64,000 nt of DNA from NCBI RefSeq assembly GCF_003334815.1, contig NZ_QOWO01000011.1. The stretch is one strand, 5' to 3'. The notes below the pieces were generated by a model. The model searched no databases. It was not told the DNA's origin and was given only the letters and a program-made list of their open reading frames with translations. The translations under genes were made by a program, and so were the position numbers. This stretch comes from Escherichia coli (GTDB lineage: Bacteria; Pseudomonadota; Gammaproteobacteria; Enterobacterales; Enterobacteriaceae). Below, in pieces: positions 42,670 to 54,511 of the stretch (its first letter is position 1; each line of letters begins with the position of its first letter).

Positions 42670-42691
42670 AGAGGTGATTTTGATCACGGAA
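42670..42691 (+). promoter_or_regulatory. CRP-binding site in the tsgA-ppiA divergent region
   Basis: The core ggtga-ttttga-tcacg (42673-42688) matches TGTGA-N6-TCACA in 8 of 10 core positions. Confidence 0.5.
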
Positions 42692-42811
42692 TAAAAAGTG
42701 ATCGTCAGGTTACATATATTTCAGATACGTAAAATTAGGTAAAGGGATGGCCTTGTTCTTGAAGGCTATTTAGAATCTCTTCACTTGCTTTTTTTCTGCT
42801 CTGTTTGTTAA

Positions 42812-43393
<582 letters not shown>

Positions 43394-43402
43394 TGATTTC
43401 TC

Positions 43403-43430
43403 GCGCGGGCAATCTTGCCCGCGCTTCTGC
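43403..43430 (+). terminator. Hairpin downstream of ppiA
   Basis: gcgcgggca-atct-tgcccgcgc followed by ttctgct. Confidence 0.6.
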
Positions 43431-43497
43431 TCTCCCGGCGTAACCCGGATTTGCCGCTTATACTTGTGGCAAATGGACACGTTCAGGGAGGCATCAA

Positions 43498-43665
43498 GTG
43501 AAGAAACTCACCGATAAGCAAAAGTCCCGTCTCTGGGAGCTTCAGCGTAATCGTAATTTTCAGGCCAGTCGCCGTCTTGAAGGCGTCGAGATGCCTTTAG
43601 TCACTCTTACTGCCGCAGAGGCTTTAGCGCGCCTTGAAGAGCTGAGGAGTCACTATGAGCGATAA
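43498..43665 (+). CDS. yhfG: Fic-cognate antitoxin-like small protein (55 aa), absent from the ORF track
   Basis: A GTG start at 43498 (SD gggagg 6 nt upstream) gives [55 protein letters not shown]. It contains SRRLEG, which fits [ST]xxxE[GN]. Confidence 0.85.
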
Positions 43666-44257
43666 ATTCGGCGAAGGGCGCGATCCGTATCTTTATCCAG
43701 GCCTTGATATCATGCGTAACCGGCTGAACATCCGCCAGCAGCAGCGGCTGGAACAGGCCGCTTACGAAATGACGGCGCTGCGTGCTGCGACCATTGAGCT
43801 TGGTCCGCTGGTGCGCGGTTTACCGCATTTGCGAACTATCCATCGCCAGCTGTATCAGGATATTTTCGACTGGGCAGGGCAACTGCGTGAAGTTGATATT
43901 TATCAGGGTGATACGCCGTTCTGCCACTTTGCTTATATCGAAAAAGAGGGCAATGCCCTGATGCAGGATCTGGAGGAAGAAGGTTATCTGGTTGGCCTGG
44001 AGAAAGCGAAGTTCGTCGAGCGGCTGGCGCATTACTATTGTGAAATCAACGTGCTGCATCCCTTCCGGGTGGGAAGTGGTCTGGCACAGCGGATCTTCTT
44101 CGAGCAACTGGCGATTCATGCCGGATATCAACTGAGCTGGCAGGGTATCGAAAAAGAGGCCTGGAATCAGGCAAATCAGAGTGGGGCAATGGGGGATCTC
44201 ACCGCACTGCAGATGATATTTAGCAAAGTGGTAAGCGAAGCCGGGGAATCTGAGTAA
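43655..44257 (+). CDS. fic: Fic-domain protein with a degenerate active-site motif
   Basis: 200 aa. The Fic motif region reads [12 protein letters not shown]. Overlaps yhfG by 11 nt. Confidence 0.92.
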
Positions 44258-44288
44258 AATAGCGCGGTTCTTTTGTACCGGAGCCGCC

Positions 44289-44852
44289 ATGATCCTGCTT
44301 ATAGATAACTACGATTCTTTTACCTGGAACCTCTACCAGTACTTTTGTGAACTGGGGGCGGATGTGCTGGTTAAGCGCAACGATGCGTTGACGCTGGCGG
44401 ATATCGACGCCCTTAAACCACAAAAAATTGTCATCTCACCTGGCCCCTGTACGCCAGATGAAGCCGGGATCTCCCTTGACGTTATTCGCCACTATGCCGG
44501 GCGCTTGCCGATTCTTGGCGTCTGCCTCGGTCATCAGGCAATGGCGCAGGCATTTGGCGGTAAAGTTGTGCGCGCCGCAAAGGTCATGCACGGCAAAACC
44601 TCGCCGATTACACATAACGGTGAGGGCGTATTTCGGGGGCTGGCAAATCCACTTACCGTGACACGCTACCATTCGCTGGTGGTGGAACCTGACTCATTAC
44701 CAGCGTGCTTTGACGTGACGGCCTGGAGCGAAACCCGCGAGATTATGGGGATTCGCCATCGCCAGTGGGATCTGGAAGGTGTGCAGTTCCATCCAGAAAG
44801 TATTCTTAGCGAACAAGGACATCAACTGCTGGCTAATTTCCTGCATCGCTGA
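44289..44852 (+). CDS. pabA: Aminodeoxychorismate synthase glutamine amidotransferase subunit
   Basis: 187 aa class-I GATase with the catalytic Cys in GVCLGHQ. Confidence 0.95.
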   Translation: MILLIDNYDSFTWNLYQYFCELGADVLVKRNDALTLADIDALKPQKIVISPGPCTPDEAGISLDVIRHYAGRLPILGVCLGHQAMAQAFGGKVVRAAKVMHGKTSPITHNGEGVFRGLANPLTVTRYHSLVVEPDSLPACFDVTAWSETREIMGIRHRQWDLEGVQFHPESILSEQGHQLLANFLHR

Positions 44853-44922
44853 TTTCTGATTGCCATTTAGTGATTTTTTATGCATATTTTGTGGTTATAA
44901 TTTCACATTTGTTTATGCGTAA

Positions 44923-46158
<1,236 letters not shown>

Positions 46159-46181
46159 ATACGAAGCATCAGGCAAAAGAT

Positions 46182-46211
46182 GTCGGATGCGGCGTGAATG
46201 CCTTATCCGAT
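46182..46211. repeat. REP-like element
   Basis: gtcggatgcggcgtgaatgccttatccgat lies between convergent argD and yhfK. Confidence 0.65.
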
Positions 46212-46224
46212 GGTTTAGCCTGCA

Positions 46225-48327
46225 TTACGCCTTCGAATCCCGCAACTTGCGACTCAGCCAAATCCCGTGATGCGGTCGCTGACGCCATGCCATCGACGAA
46301 ATGGTGTGCATGGTGTTCAGATGACCAATAACCCGCTGTAAATGCTGCTCCAGCGTACCTGCCGCGCCTTCGTGCGGCTGCATCTCCGGCGCATCCATGA
46401 TATTGGCATCGCCAGAACTACCCGGTTCGTCATACTCCAGTCGCTGCTGACAACGCTGAATGGCGATTTCACAAGACTGTAAATACTCTTGTGCCAGTTC
46501 AGGTGGCAATGCCCGGTGTTCCCGCGCCAGCGTGGTCATGGCATTAATATGCTCAACAATAAACTGGCTGTGCGTTACCCACAGTTTCATATCTGCCAGA
46601 TAATGGCTGTTAAACGCCGGTTCCTGCATCGCCTGATTCAATGAGTTATACAGAGTGTTATGTGCCTGATTTACCCGCATTCGCTGCCAGGCCAGTGGCG
46701 TAGGTTGCGGATCCTCGCTAAGAATCAAGCGAATCGCTTCCTGATAGGCTTCTAAAGCATCATGGGCGTTTTTACGCAATAACCCGCTCTGCCACTGCGG
46801 CCACAGCCAGACAGTACCGCCGAAAGCAATTAAACAACCAATAATGGTATCGATAAGACGCGGAAGGATGTATTGCTCGCCGTTCAACCACAATAGTTGC
46901 AGGGTATACACTGCGGTAATAGTAAAACCGACCGTCGCCCAGCCGTAGTTTTTGCGCAATATCAGGTAGCTGGCGAGGGTGGTAATCAGCATCAACGTCA
47001 GGGTGTAACCTTCGGGAATTTTAAAGTGCAGCGCCACGCCCGCAATGATTAACCCGACCACGGTTCCCACGGAGCGATTCACAATCCTCAGACGGGTTGC
47101 GCCATAGCCATTTTGTGTCACCAGCAATACCGTCATCAGGATCCAGTACGACTTCGGCAGATGCAGCGCGGTGCCCATCAGGCTGGCAACGCTTAACATC
47201 ACACTGAGTCGTCCGGCATTGCGTAGCGCCGGAGACTTTAGTGACAGATAACTTTTCAGCGCCGGAAGTAATGGCATTCGCCGCTGTTTATCGGCCAGTA
47301 AGTCACGGGCATAGAGCGGTTTTTGGGTGCGCAGCACGCGGGCGATGCGGCTGAAATGCCAGTAGCAGAATTGCCCAACCGGATTATCCGGATGCTGGCG
47401 GGCGATTTTTTCCAGTGCGCCAATTTGCTTTTCCATCGTAAAACGCGTTGGCAGGCGATGGTAAAGAATGTCATCAGCCAGCACGCGCAGGCGAGCGGCG
47501 ACGGTTTGCGCATTCCAGCGGATAACTTCTTCCGCATGGCTACGCTCGACCAGCTTTTGCACCTCTTCCGGCTGATGCAAACTGACCGAAATATGTTCCT
47601 GTAAATCCAGCGCCTCCTGGAAAATACGCAGCATCCGCTTGTAGTCAGTATTATTTTGCGCGGAAAGCATATGCATTTGCTGATAGCACTGGGTAATTAG
47701 ATCGACCGCTTTTTGCTGGCGCACCAGCAGCGGCGGCAGCGCTTTTTCAGGGTCGGTGTGCTGGGTAAGCAGGCTGTATTTGGCTTCACAATAATCTGCC
47801 AGTTCACGGTACAGCAGACTTAGTGACTCGCGCAGCGGTTGTTCGCGCCAGATCCAGAACCAAAACCAGTTAAACAATCCGTACCAGAGAGTGCCCAACG
47901 CATAGATGAGCAACGGTTCCCAGACCGGCATGTATCCCGCCAAACTGAGGGTAAAAATGGCGGCGAGCAGCGATGCAGGAAGCAATTTTGCGTGCAATGG
48001 CCCCAGCTCAGCAGTGACGCCAAGTACCAGCGTTAATCCGGTCAGCAAAAAGGGCAGGGGAACATCTTTTGCCAGTAGTAGCTGTGTCAGCAAGCTACAG
48101 GTGGCAAACAGCGACGCACCAATGATTAAGCGTTTGAAAAAACGTTTATGAGGCGTATCAAGGCCCGCAATATTGCAACAGGCAGGAACGAGGGAGAAGA
48201 GCAGACCGAATCGTAATTCGCCAAGCATTAACCCAACGGCCACGGGCAAACATAGCACCAGCGTTTGTCGAAGTGCATAGTTGATATCGGGGTGATAAAT
48301 CAGTCTGCGCCACATCGGGGGAAACAA
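46225..48327 (-). CDS. yhfK: FUSC-family inner-membrane protein of unknown function
   Basis: 700 codons if started at TTG 48327, or 696 from ATG 48315 (MWRRLIYHPD). Two hydrophobic blocks are separated by a helical cytoplasmic region. Confidence 0.85.
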   Translation of the reverse strand: MFPPMWRRLIYHPDINYALRQTLVLCLPVAVGLMLGELRFGLLFSLVPACCNIAGLDTPHKRFFKRLIIGASLFATCSLLTQLLLAKDVPLPFLLTGLTLVLGVTAELGPLHAKLLPASLLAAIFTLSLAGYMPVWEPLLIYALGTLWYGLFNWFWFWIWREQPLRESLSLLYRELADYCEAKYSLLTQHTDPEKALPPLLVRQQKAVDLITQCYQQMHMLSAQNNTDYKRMLRIFQEALDLQEHISVSLHQPEEVQKLVERSHAEEVIRWNAQTVAARLRVLADDILYHRLPTRFTMEKQIGALEKIARQHPDNPVGQFCYWHFSRIARVLRTQKPLYARDLLADKQRRMPLLPALKSYLSLKSPALRNAGRLSVMLSVASLMGTALHLPKSYWILMTVLLVTQNGYGATRLRIVNRSVGTVVGLIIAGVALHFKIPEGYTLTLMLITTLASYLILRKNYGWATVGFTITAVYTLQLLWLNGEQYILPRLIDTIIGCLIAFGGTVWLWPQWQSGLLRKNAHDALEAYQEAIRLILSEDPQPTPLAWQRMRVNQAHNTLYNSLNQAMQEPAFNSHYLADMKLWVTHSQFIVEHINAMTTLAREHRALPPELAQEYLQSCEIAIQRCQQRLEYDEPGSSGDANIMDAPEMQPHEGAAGTLEQHLQRVIGHLNTMHTISSMAWRQRPHHGIWLSRKLRDSKA

Positions 48328-48354
48328 AATGGCGCGCTACCAGGTAACGCGCCA
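48321..48354 (-). terminator. crp intrinsic terminator
   Basis: The - strand reads tggcgcg-ttacctggtag-cgcgcca followed by ttttgttt. It starts 12 nt after the crp stop. Confidence 0.85.
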
Positions 48355-48365
48355 CTCCGACGGGA

Positions 48366-48998
48366 TTAACGAGTGCCGTAAACGACGATGGTTTTACCGT
48401 GTGCGGAGATCAGGTTCTGATCTTCCAGCATCTTCAGAATGCGTCCCACGGTTTCACGAGAACAGCCGACAATCTGACCAATTTCCTGACGGGTAATTTT
48501 GATTTGCATACCGTCCGGGTGAGTCATAGCGTCTGGTTGTTTTGCCAGATTCAGCAGAGTCTGTGCAATGCGGCCCGTCACGTCGAGGAACGCCAGGTTG
48601 CCCACTTTCTCTGAAGTGACTTGCAGACGACGCGCCATCTGTGCAGACAAACGCATCAGAATGTCCGGGTTTACCTGAATCAATTGGCGAAATTTTTTGT
48701 ACGAAATTTCAGCCACTTCACAGGCGGTTTTCGCACGTACCCATGCGCTACGTTCCTGGCCCTCTTCAAACAGGCCCAGTTCGCCAATAAAATCACCCTG
48801 ATTCAGATAGGAGAGGATCATTTCTTTACCCTCTTCGTCTTTGATCAGCACTGCCACAGAGCCTTTAACGATGTAGTACAGCGTTTCCGCTTTTTCACCC
48901 TGGTGAATAAGCGTGCTCTTGGATGGGTACTTATGAATGTGGCAATGAGACAAGAACCATTCGAGAGTCGGGTCTGTTTGCGGTTTGCCAAGCACCAT
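48366..48998 (-). CDS. crp: cAMP receptor protein
   Basis: 210 aa starting [28 protein letters not shown], with the [23 protein letters not shown]. Confidence 0.99.
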
Positions 48999-49113
48999 GC
49001 GCGGTTATCCTCTGTTATAAGCTTTCTCCAGAGCCAGATAACGCCGCTGTCTCTGGATTGCCGAAATATGCTTCCCGCTACCTGGGAAGGGGCTATCAAC
49101 TGTACTGCACGGT

Positions 49114-49133
49114 AATGTGACGTCCTTTGCATA
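49114..49133 (-). promoter_or_regulatory. CRP autoregulatory site in the crp leader/promoter region
   Basis: aatgtgacgtcctttgcata has a perfect TGTGA half and a TTGCA half. It sits about 120 nt upstream of the crp ATG, consistent with the known downstream autoregulatory site. Confidence 0.7.
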
Positions 49134-49299
49134 CATGCAGTACATCAATGTATTACTGTAGCATCCTGACTGTTTTAGCATAGCTTTCGCTTGGTGTCTC
49201 CTGGTGTCTCGCTTCAGCATGACCCAGGTCGCCTTCCGTTGCGCGATTTGGTTAGTACGCGTACTCTGTCAGGAAAATTGACGCAGTGGAGTAGCAAAA

Positions 49300-49704
49300 A
49301 TGCAAGCGCGAGTGAAGTGGGTCGAAGGGTTAACTTTTCTGGGCGAATCCGCCTCTGGTCATCAGATTTTAATGGACGGCAACTCAGGCGATAAAGCACC
49401 AAGTCCGATGGAAATGGTGTTGATGGCGGCGGGTGGTTGCAGTGCCATCGATGTGGTTTCGATCCTGCAAAAAGGGCGTCAGGATGTGGTCGATTGTGAA
49501 GTAAAATTGACCTCTGAACGCCGCGAAGAGGCACCACGCCTGTTTACGCACATTAATCTGCATTTTATCGTCACCGGTCGCGACCTGAAAGACGCAGCGG
49601 TTGCGCGTGCGGTTGATCTCTCTGCCGAGAAATATTGTTCAGTGGCGTTGATGCTGGAAAAAGCGGTGAATATTACTCACTCGTATGAAGTGGTTGCCGC
49701 GTGA
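49300..49704 (+). CDS. yhfA: OsmC/Ohr-family protein
   Basis: 134 aa with conserved Cys contexts (AAGGCSAID, EKYCSVA) typical of the OsmC family. Confidence 0.9.
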   Translation: MQARVKWVEGLTFLGESASGHQILMDGNSGDKAPSPMEMVLMAAGGCSAIDVVSILQKGRQDVVDCEVKLTSERREEAPRLFTHINLHFIVTGRDLKDAAVARAVDLSAEKYCSVALMLEKAVNITHSYEVVAA

Positions 49705-49724
49705 CTTAACTATCCCGTTGTGAA

Positions 49725-49746
49725 GCCGGATAGTATTTTATCCGGC
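49725..49746. terminator. Hairpin between convergent yhfA and prkB
   Basis: gccggata-gtattt-tatccggc. Confidence 0.5.
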
Positions 49747-49758
49747 GTAATAGCAGAG

Positions 49759-50628
49759 TTACTCGATTTTCTTTCCTTCCATCAATCGTTGCACCAGCGG
49801 CAGCATAATTAATTCCATTGCCAGACCCATTTTGCCGCCCGGTACCACTAACGTATTGATGTGGGAAATGAATGAGCCTTGCAACATCGCCAGCAGCCAG
49901 GGGAAATCGATCCCTTCCAGATTACGAAAATGGATCACCACAAAGCTTTCATCGAGCGACGGGATACCTTTTGCCGCGAACGGGTTTGAAGTGTCGACGG
50001 TGGGAACGCGCTGGAAGTTAAGATGGGTGCGGGAAAACTGCGGTGTGATGTAGTTGATATAGTCTTCCATTGAACGCACTACTGAGTCCATCACTGCTTC
50101 TCGTGAGTGCCCGCGCTCGCTGGTGTCGCGGATCAGTTTTTGAATCCACTCAAGGTTAACGATAGGCACCACGCCGACCAGTAAGTCCACATGCTGCGCA
50201 ACGTTATGCTGTGGCGTGACTACGCCGCCGTGTAAACCTTCATAAAACAGTACATCAGTGGGTTCCGGTAAAGGTTGCCAGGGGGTGAATGTCCCCGGTA
50301 CCTGATTCCACGGTACGGCTTCGTCGTAGGTATGCAGATATTTGCGAGATTTCCCTTTGCCGCTCTGACCGTATTCAATGAAGGTTTGTTCCAGCAGGCC
50401 GAAGTCGTTAGCCTCGGGGCCGAAGTAGCTGATATGCCGCCCGGCGTCGCGCGCTTTGCGGATCGCCATGTCCATTTCCGGGCGGGTGTAACGGTGAAAA
50501 CTGTCGCCTTCCACCTCAGCTGCATGCAGATTTAACTGCGCGAATATTTTACGAAACGCGAGGCTGGTGGTGGTGGTCCCCGCGCCGCTGGATCCTGTTA
50601 CCGCAATGACCGGATGTTTGGCAGACAT
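49759..50628 (-). CDS. prkB: Phosphoribulokinase homologue
   Basis: 289 aa with the P-loop VTGSSGAGTTT. Recognised as PrkB. Confidence 0.92.
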   Translation of the reverse strand: MSAKHPVIAVTGSSGAGTTTTSLAFRKIFAQLNLHAAEVEGDSFHRYTRPEMDMAIRKARDAGRHISYFGPEANDFGLLEQTFIEYGQSGKGKSRKYLHTYDEAVPWNQVPGTFTPWQPLPEPTDVLFYEGLHGGVVTPQHNVAQHVDLLVGVVPIVNLEWIQKLIRDTSERGHSREAVMDSVVRSMEDYINYITPQFSRTHLNFQRVPTVDTSNPFAAKGIPSLDESFVVIHFRNLEGIDFPWLLAMLQGSFISHINTLVVPGGKMGLAMELIMLPLVQRLMEGKKIE

Positions 50629-50681
50629 AGTAACTCCATGACTTAGCTATCATTATTATCTCGTCCGCCGACGGTTGCAGG

Positions 50682-50900
50682 TTATTCGCGAAACTGACTG
50701 CGCGGCATAATATTGACCGTTTCGTGCAGCTCCGACCATACCAGCACCGCTTCTCCGCACTGTAGCTGGCGTTTGACGTCGGCGACTTTCTGTTCAAGTG
50801 TACGCTCATGTTCACCATAATCGGTGCCTTCACGTAACACAAAGCTTTCAATTAAATTTTCCAGCGTTTCGGGGGAGAGGTCTTGCCACGGAATCAACAT
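50682..50900 (-). CDS. yheU: UPF0270-family small protein
   Basis: 72-aa ORF. Overlaps yheT by 7 nt. Confidence 0.85.
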
Positions 50901-51916
50901 GATTTCGCCTCCAGATACGTTGTTAACCAGTCAGGAATGCGTGACTCCAGCCACATTTGCGGATGAAGTAATGTACCGCCAATAAAGCCAACATGACCGC
51001 CATGTTCAGTCAGTTGATACTCCACCTGCGGGGGGAGACTTTCCGGTTTCGGGATCACCTGATGATCCATAAACGGATCGTCTTTGGCGTGAATAATCAG
51101 CGTCGGTTTGGCGATCCGGTTCAGCATCGGCATGGCGCTACACTGACGATAATAGTCGATAGCGTCGGCGTAGCCGTGAATTCTGGCGGTGATGAGATCG
51201 TCAAATTCACGGATGCGACGTACCGATTTTAACTGCGCGAGATTAATCGGCAGCGTTCCGGGGTAGGCTGCCAGCTTGCGCGCGGCATTGGCTTTTAACA
51301 GGTTCAGCAAGTAACGCTGATAAACGCGGGAAAAGCCCTTTTCCATATGATAGCTACAGGCTTCCAGCATAAACGGCGCAGAGACAATCACCGCCGCATC
51401 AACCGGGAGATCATTGCCTTCCTTTGCCAGCAAACAGGCCAGCATATTACCGCCGAGCGAATAGCCGACGGCAGCCGTTGGCGCATGACCAAATTCGCGT
51501 TGCAGCCAGCGTAAAAACCAACTGGCGTCTTCGGTTTCGCCCGAATGGTAAATGCGGTGCATACGGTTTGGTTCACCGCTGCATCCGCGAAAATGCATCA
51601 CCACGCCCAGCCAGCCGCGCTTTTGCGCCGCCTCAACCAGACCGTGGGCGTAAGGGCTGTTGAGACTGCCTTCCAGCCCGTGAAACACCACCAGACGAGG
51701 TTTATGTTGCGCCTGTGCAGGGTTTTCACTCCACGCAAGATCGACAAAATCGCCGTCGGGCAACTCCAGCCGCTGCCAGTACGGGGTGAATTTCACCTGA
51801 CGACGAAACAGACGCGGCAGCATGGTTTGCAGATGACAATTGCTAAAGCCGCGCATGGGGATGAATTCAGCACTGCTGCTGAATTCATTGGCATCGGTCG
51901 TCGTTATCTGCGCCAT
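50894..51916 (-). CDS. yheT: Alpha/beta-hydrolase-fold protein
   Basis: 340 aa with a nucleophile elbow GYSLGG. The start overlaps the yheS stop by 1 nt. Confidence 0.88.
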
Positions 51917-53829
51917 CAGTTGCTTTGGCCTTCCAGCAGCATCTGCTCAAGCTGCTCCTGGGCTTCCAGCCATGCCATTTCGCACTCTTCCAGGCCGGAT
52001 TTGGCGCTGGCTTGCTGTTGCAGGCAGGCGGTCAACTCCGCTTTACGGCTCTGGTCATACAGTTCGCTGTCGCCGAGTTTCTCTTCCGCCTGCGCCAGTT
52101 GCGCGTTCAGCTTCTCCATCTCTTTTTCCAGACGGGCAATCTCTTTACGCAGTGGCTGGGTTTGCGCACGCAGCTCAGCTTCCCGACGCTTCTGATCTTT
52201 ACGTGCCTGGGCGCTGTTCGCATTCTCTTTTGGCGCTTCGTCGGTCTGGTTTTCCTGCTTTTGTACGTCGCTCAACCACTGTTGATAATCTTCCAGATCG
52301 CCGTCGAACGGTTCGACTTTACGATCGTGAACCAGGTAGAGATCGTCAGTGGTGGAACGCAGCAAATGACGGTCGTGCGAAACGACAACCAGCGCGCCTT
52401 CAAACTCGATTAATGCTTCGGTGAGTGCCTGACGCATGTCGAGGTCAAGGTGGTTAGTCGGTTCGTCGAGCAGCAGCAGATTCGGCCGCTGCCAGACAAT
52501 TAATGCCAGCACCAGGCGGGCTTTTTCCCCACCGGAGAAGCGGCGCGTTTCTTCGGTTACTTTATCGCCCTGGAAACCAAAGCCGCCGAGGTAGTCACGC
52601 AGTTTTTGTTCCAGCTCCTGCGGCGCTAAACGTGCCAGATGTTGAATAGGTGATTCGTCGGCGCGCAGGTATTCAAGTTGATGCTGGGCGAAGTAGCCGA
52701 GTTTGATCCCTTTCGCCAGACCAATTTCACCGCTGACTGGCGCAAGTTCACCGGCTAACAGTTTGATTAATGTCGATTTACCCGCGCCATTGCGGCCTAA
52801 CAGACCAATACGCGAGCCGGGCACCAGGTTCAGTTTAATCGAGTCGAGAATAATGCGATCGCCATAGCCCGCGCTGACTTTTTCCATCTTCAGTAACGGA
52901 TTTGGCAGGCTTTCCGGCGCGCGGAAGCTAAAGCGGAACGGGTTGTCGACGTGCGCGGGGGCAATTAGCTCCATACGCTCGAGCATCTTAATGCGGCTCT
53001 GGGCCTGCTTCGCTTTGGTGGCTTTGGCACGGAAACGGTCGATATAACTTTGCAGATGCGCTACGCGTTCCTGCTGGCTTTCGTACATCGCTTGTTGCTG
53101 CGCCAGACGGGTGGCGCGCTGTACTTCAAACGAACTGTAGTTGCCGGTGTACTCGAACATGCTTTGTTGTTCGATATGAATAATTTTATCGACGATCGGA
53201 TCGAGGAAGTCGCGGTCGTGAGAGATCAGGATCAGCGTGCCCTGATAGCTCTTCAGCCATTTTTCCAGCCAGATAACGGCATCGAGATCGAGGTGGTTAG
53301 TCGGTTCGTCGAGCAGCAGCAAGTCTGAACGGCAAATCAGCGCCTGGGCAAGGTTAAGACGCATACGCCAGCCCCCGGAAAAATCACTTACCGGGCGCTC
53401 CAGTTGTTCATTGCTGAAACCGAGGCCGTGCAGCAGGCTGGCAGCACGGGAGCGAATACTCCATGCGTCAATAGCATCCAGCTTGCCATGAATGGTCGCA
53501 ATGGCGTGCCCGTCGTTACGTTCGTTGGCGTCGTGTAGCTGCGCTTCTAGTTGACGATATTCACGGTCGCCGTCAATGACATATTCCAGCGCCGCTTGCG
53601 GTAACGCCGGCGTTTCCTGATTCACCCACGCCAGTTGCCAGCTTCCCGGAAAGGTGTAGCTGCCGCCGTCGGCGCTGATTTCATTTTTCAGCAATGCCAG
53701 CAGGGTAGATTTACCACAGCCGTTTTTACCCACCAGGCCGACTTTCTGCCCAGGGTTGATGGTGGCGGTGGCATTATCCAGCAGGACGCGCACGCCGCGA
53801 CGAATTTGTAACGAGGAGAAAACAATCAT
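51916..53829 (-). CDS. yheS: ABC-F family ATPase (no TM domain)
   Basis: 637 aa. Two Walker A motifs (GKNGCGKST, GRNGAGKST) and two signatures (FSGGWRMR, FSGGEKAR). Charged coiled-coil C-terminal tail. Confidence 0.93.
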   Translation of the reverse strand: MIVFSSLQIRRGVRVLLDNATATINPGQKVGLVGKNGCGKSTLLALLKNEISADGGSYTFPGSWQLAWVNQETPALPQAALEYVIDGDREYRQLEAQLHDANERNDGHAIATIHGKLDAIDAWSIRSRAASLLHGLGFSNEQLERPVSDFSGGWRMRLNLAQALICRSDLLLLDEPTNHLDLDAVIWLEKWLKSYQGTLILISHDRDFLDPIVDKIIHIEQQSMFEYTGNYSSFEVQRATRLAQQQAMYESQQERVAHLQSYIDRFRAKATKAKQAQSRIKMLERMELIAPAHVDNPFRFSFRAPESLPNPLLKMEKVSAGYGDRIILDSIKLNLVPGSRIGLLGRNGAGKSTLIKLLAGELAPVSGEIGLAKGIKLGYFAQHQLEYLRADESPIQHLARLAPQELEQKLRDYLGGFGFQGDKVTEETRRFSGGEKARLVLALIVWQRPNLLLLDEPTNHLDLDMRQALTEALIEFEGALVVVSHDRHLLRSTTDDLYLVHDRKVEPFDGDLEDYQQWLSDVQKQENQTDEAPKENANSAQARKDQKRREAELRAQTQPLRKEIARLEKEMEKLNAQLAQAEEKLGDSELYDQSRKAELTACLQQQASAKSGLEECEMAWLEAQEQLEQMLLEGQSN

Positions 53830-53956
53830 AAGGTGCCGTATGTTCAGACTATGTTAACTTATCATTATGATAATGTAATGTATGGGCGAGCTGCCGCACC
53901 GGGCGCAATGGTAGCCCAAAACAGCGACTATACACAAAAACCATACCGGGAGGGGG

Positions 53957-54511
53957 ATGATGTCTCAGCCAGCGAAAGTTTTGCTGCTGTATGCCCATCC
54001 GGAATCTCAGGACTCGGTGGCAAACCGGGTACTGCTTAAACCGGCCACGCAGCTCAGCAATGTTACCGTGCACGACCTTTACGCGCACTATCCCGATTTT
54101 TTTATTGATATCCCCCGTGAGCAGGCATTACTGCGCGAGCACGAGGTGATTGTCTTTCAGCATCCTCTTTATACCTATAGCTGCCCGGCGCTACTGAAAG
54201 AGTGGCTGGACCGGGTATTAAGTCGTGGTTTTGCCAGCGGGCCGGGAGGAAACCAACTGGCGGGAAAGTACTGGCGTAGCGTGATTACCACCGGCGAGCC
54301 GGAAAGTGCTTACCGTTATGACGCGCTGAATCGCTACCCGATGAGCGATGTGCTGCGCCCCTTTGAACTGGCGGCGGGCATGTGCCGGATGCATTGGTTA
54401 AGTCCCATCATTATTTACTGGGCGAGACGGCAAAGCGCACAGGAGCTGGCGAGCCACGCCAGAGCCTACGGTGACTGGCTGGCAAATCCGCTGTCTCCAG
54501 GAGGCCGCTGA
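53957..54511 (+). CDS. kefG: KefB ancillary protein (flavodoxin-like quinone-oxidoreductase fold)
   Basis: 184 aa starting [20 protein letters not shown]. The stop overlaps the kefB ATG. Confidence 0.92.
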
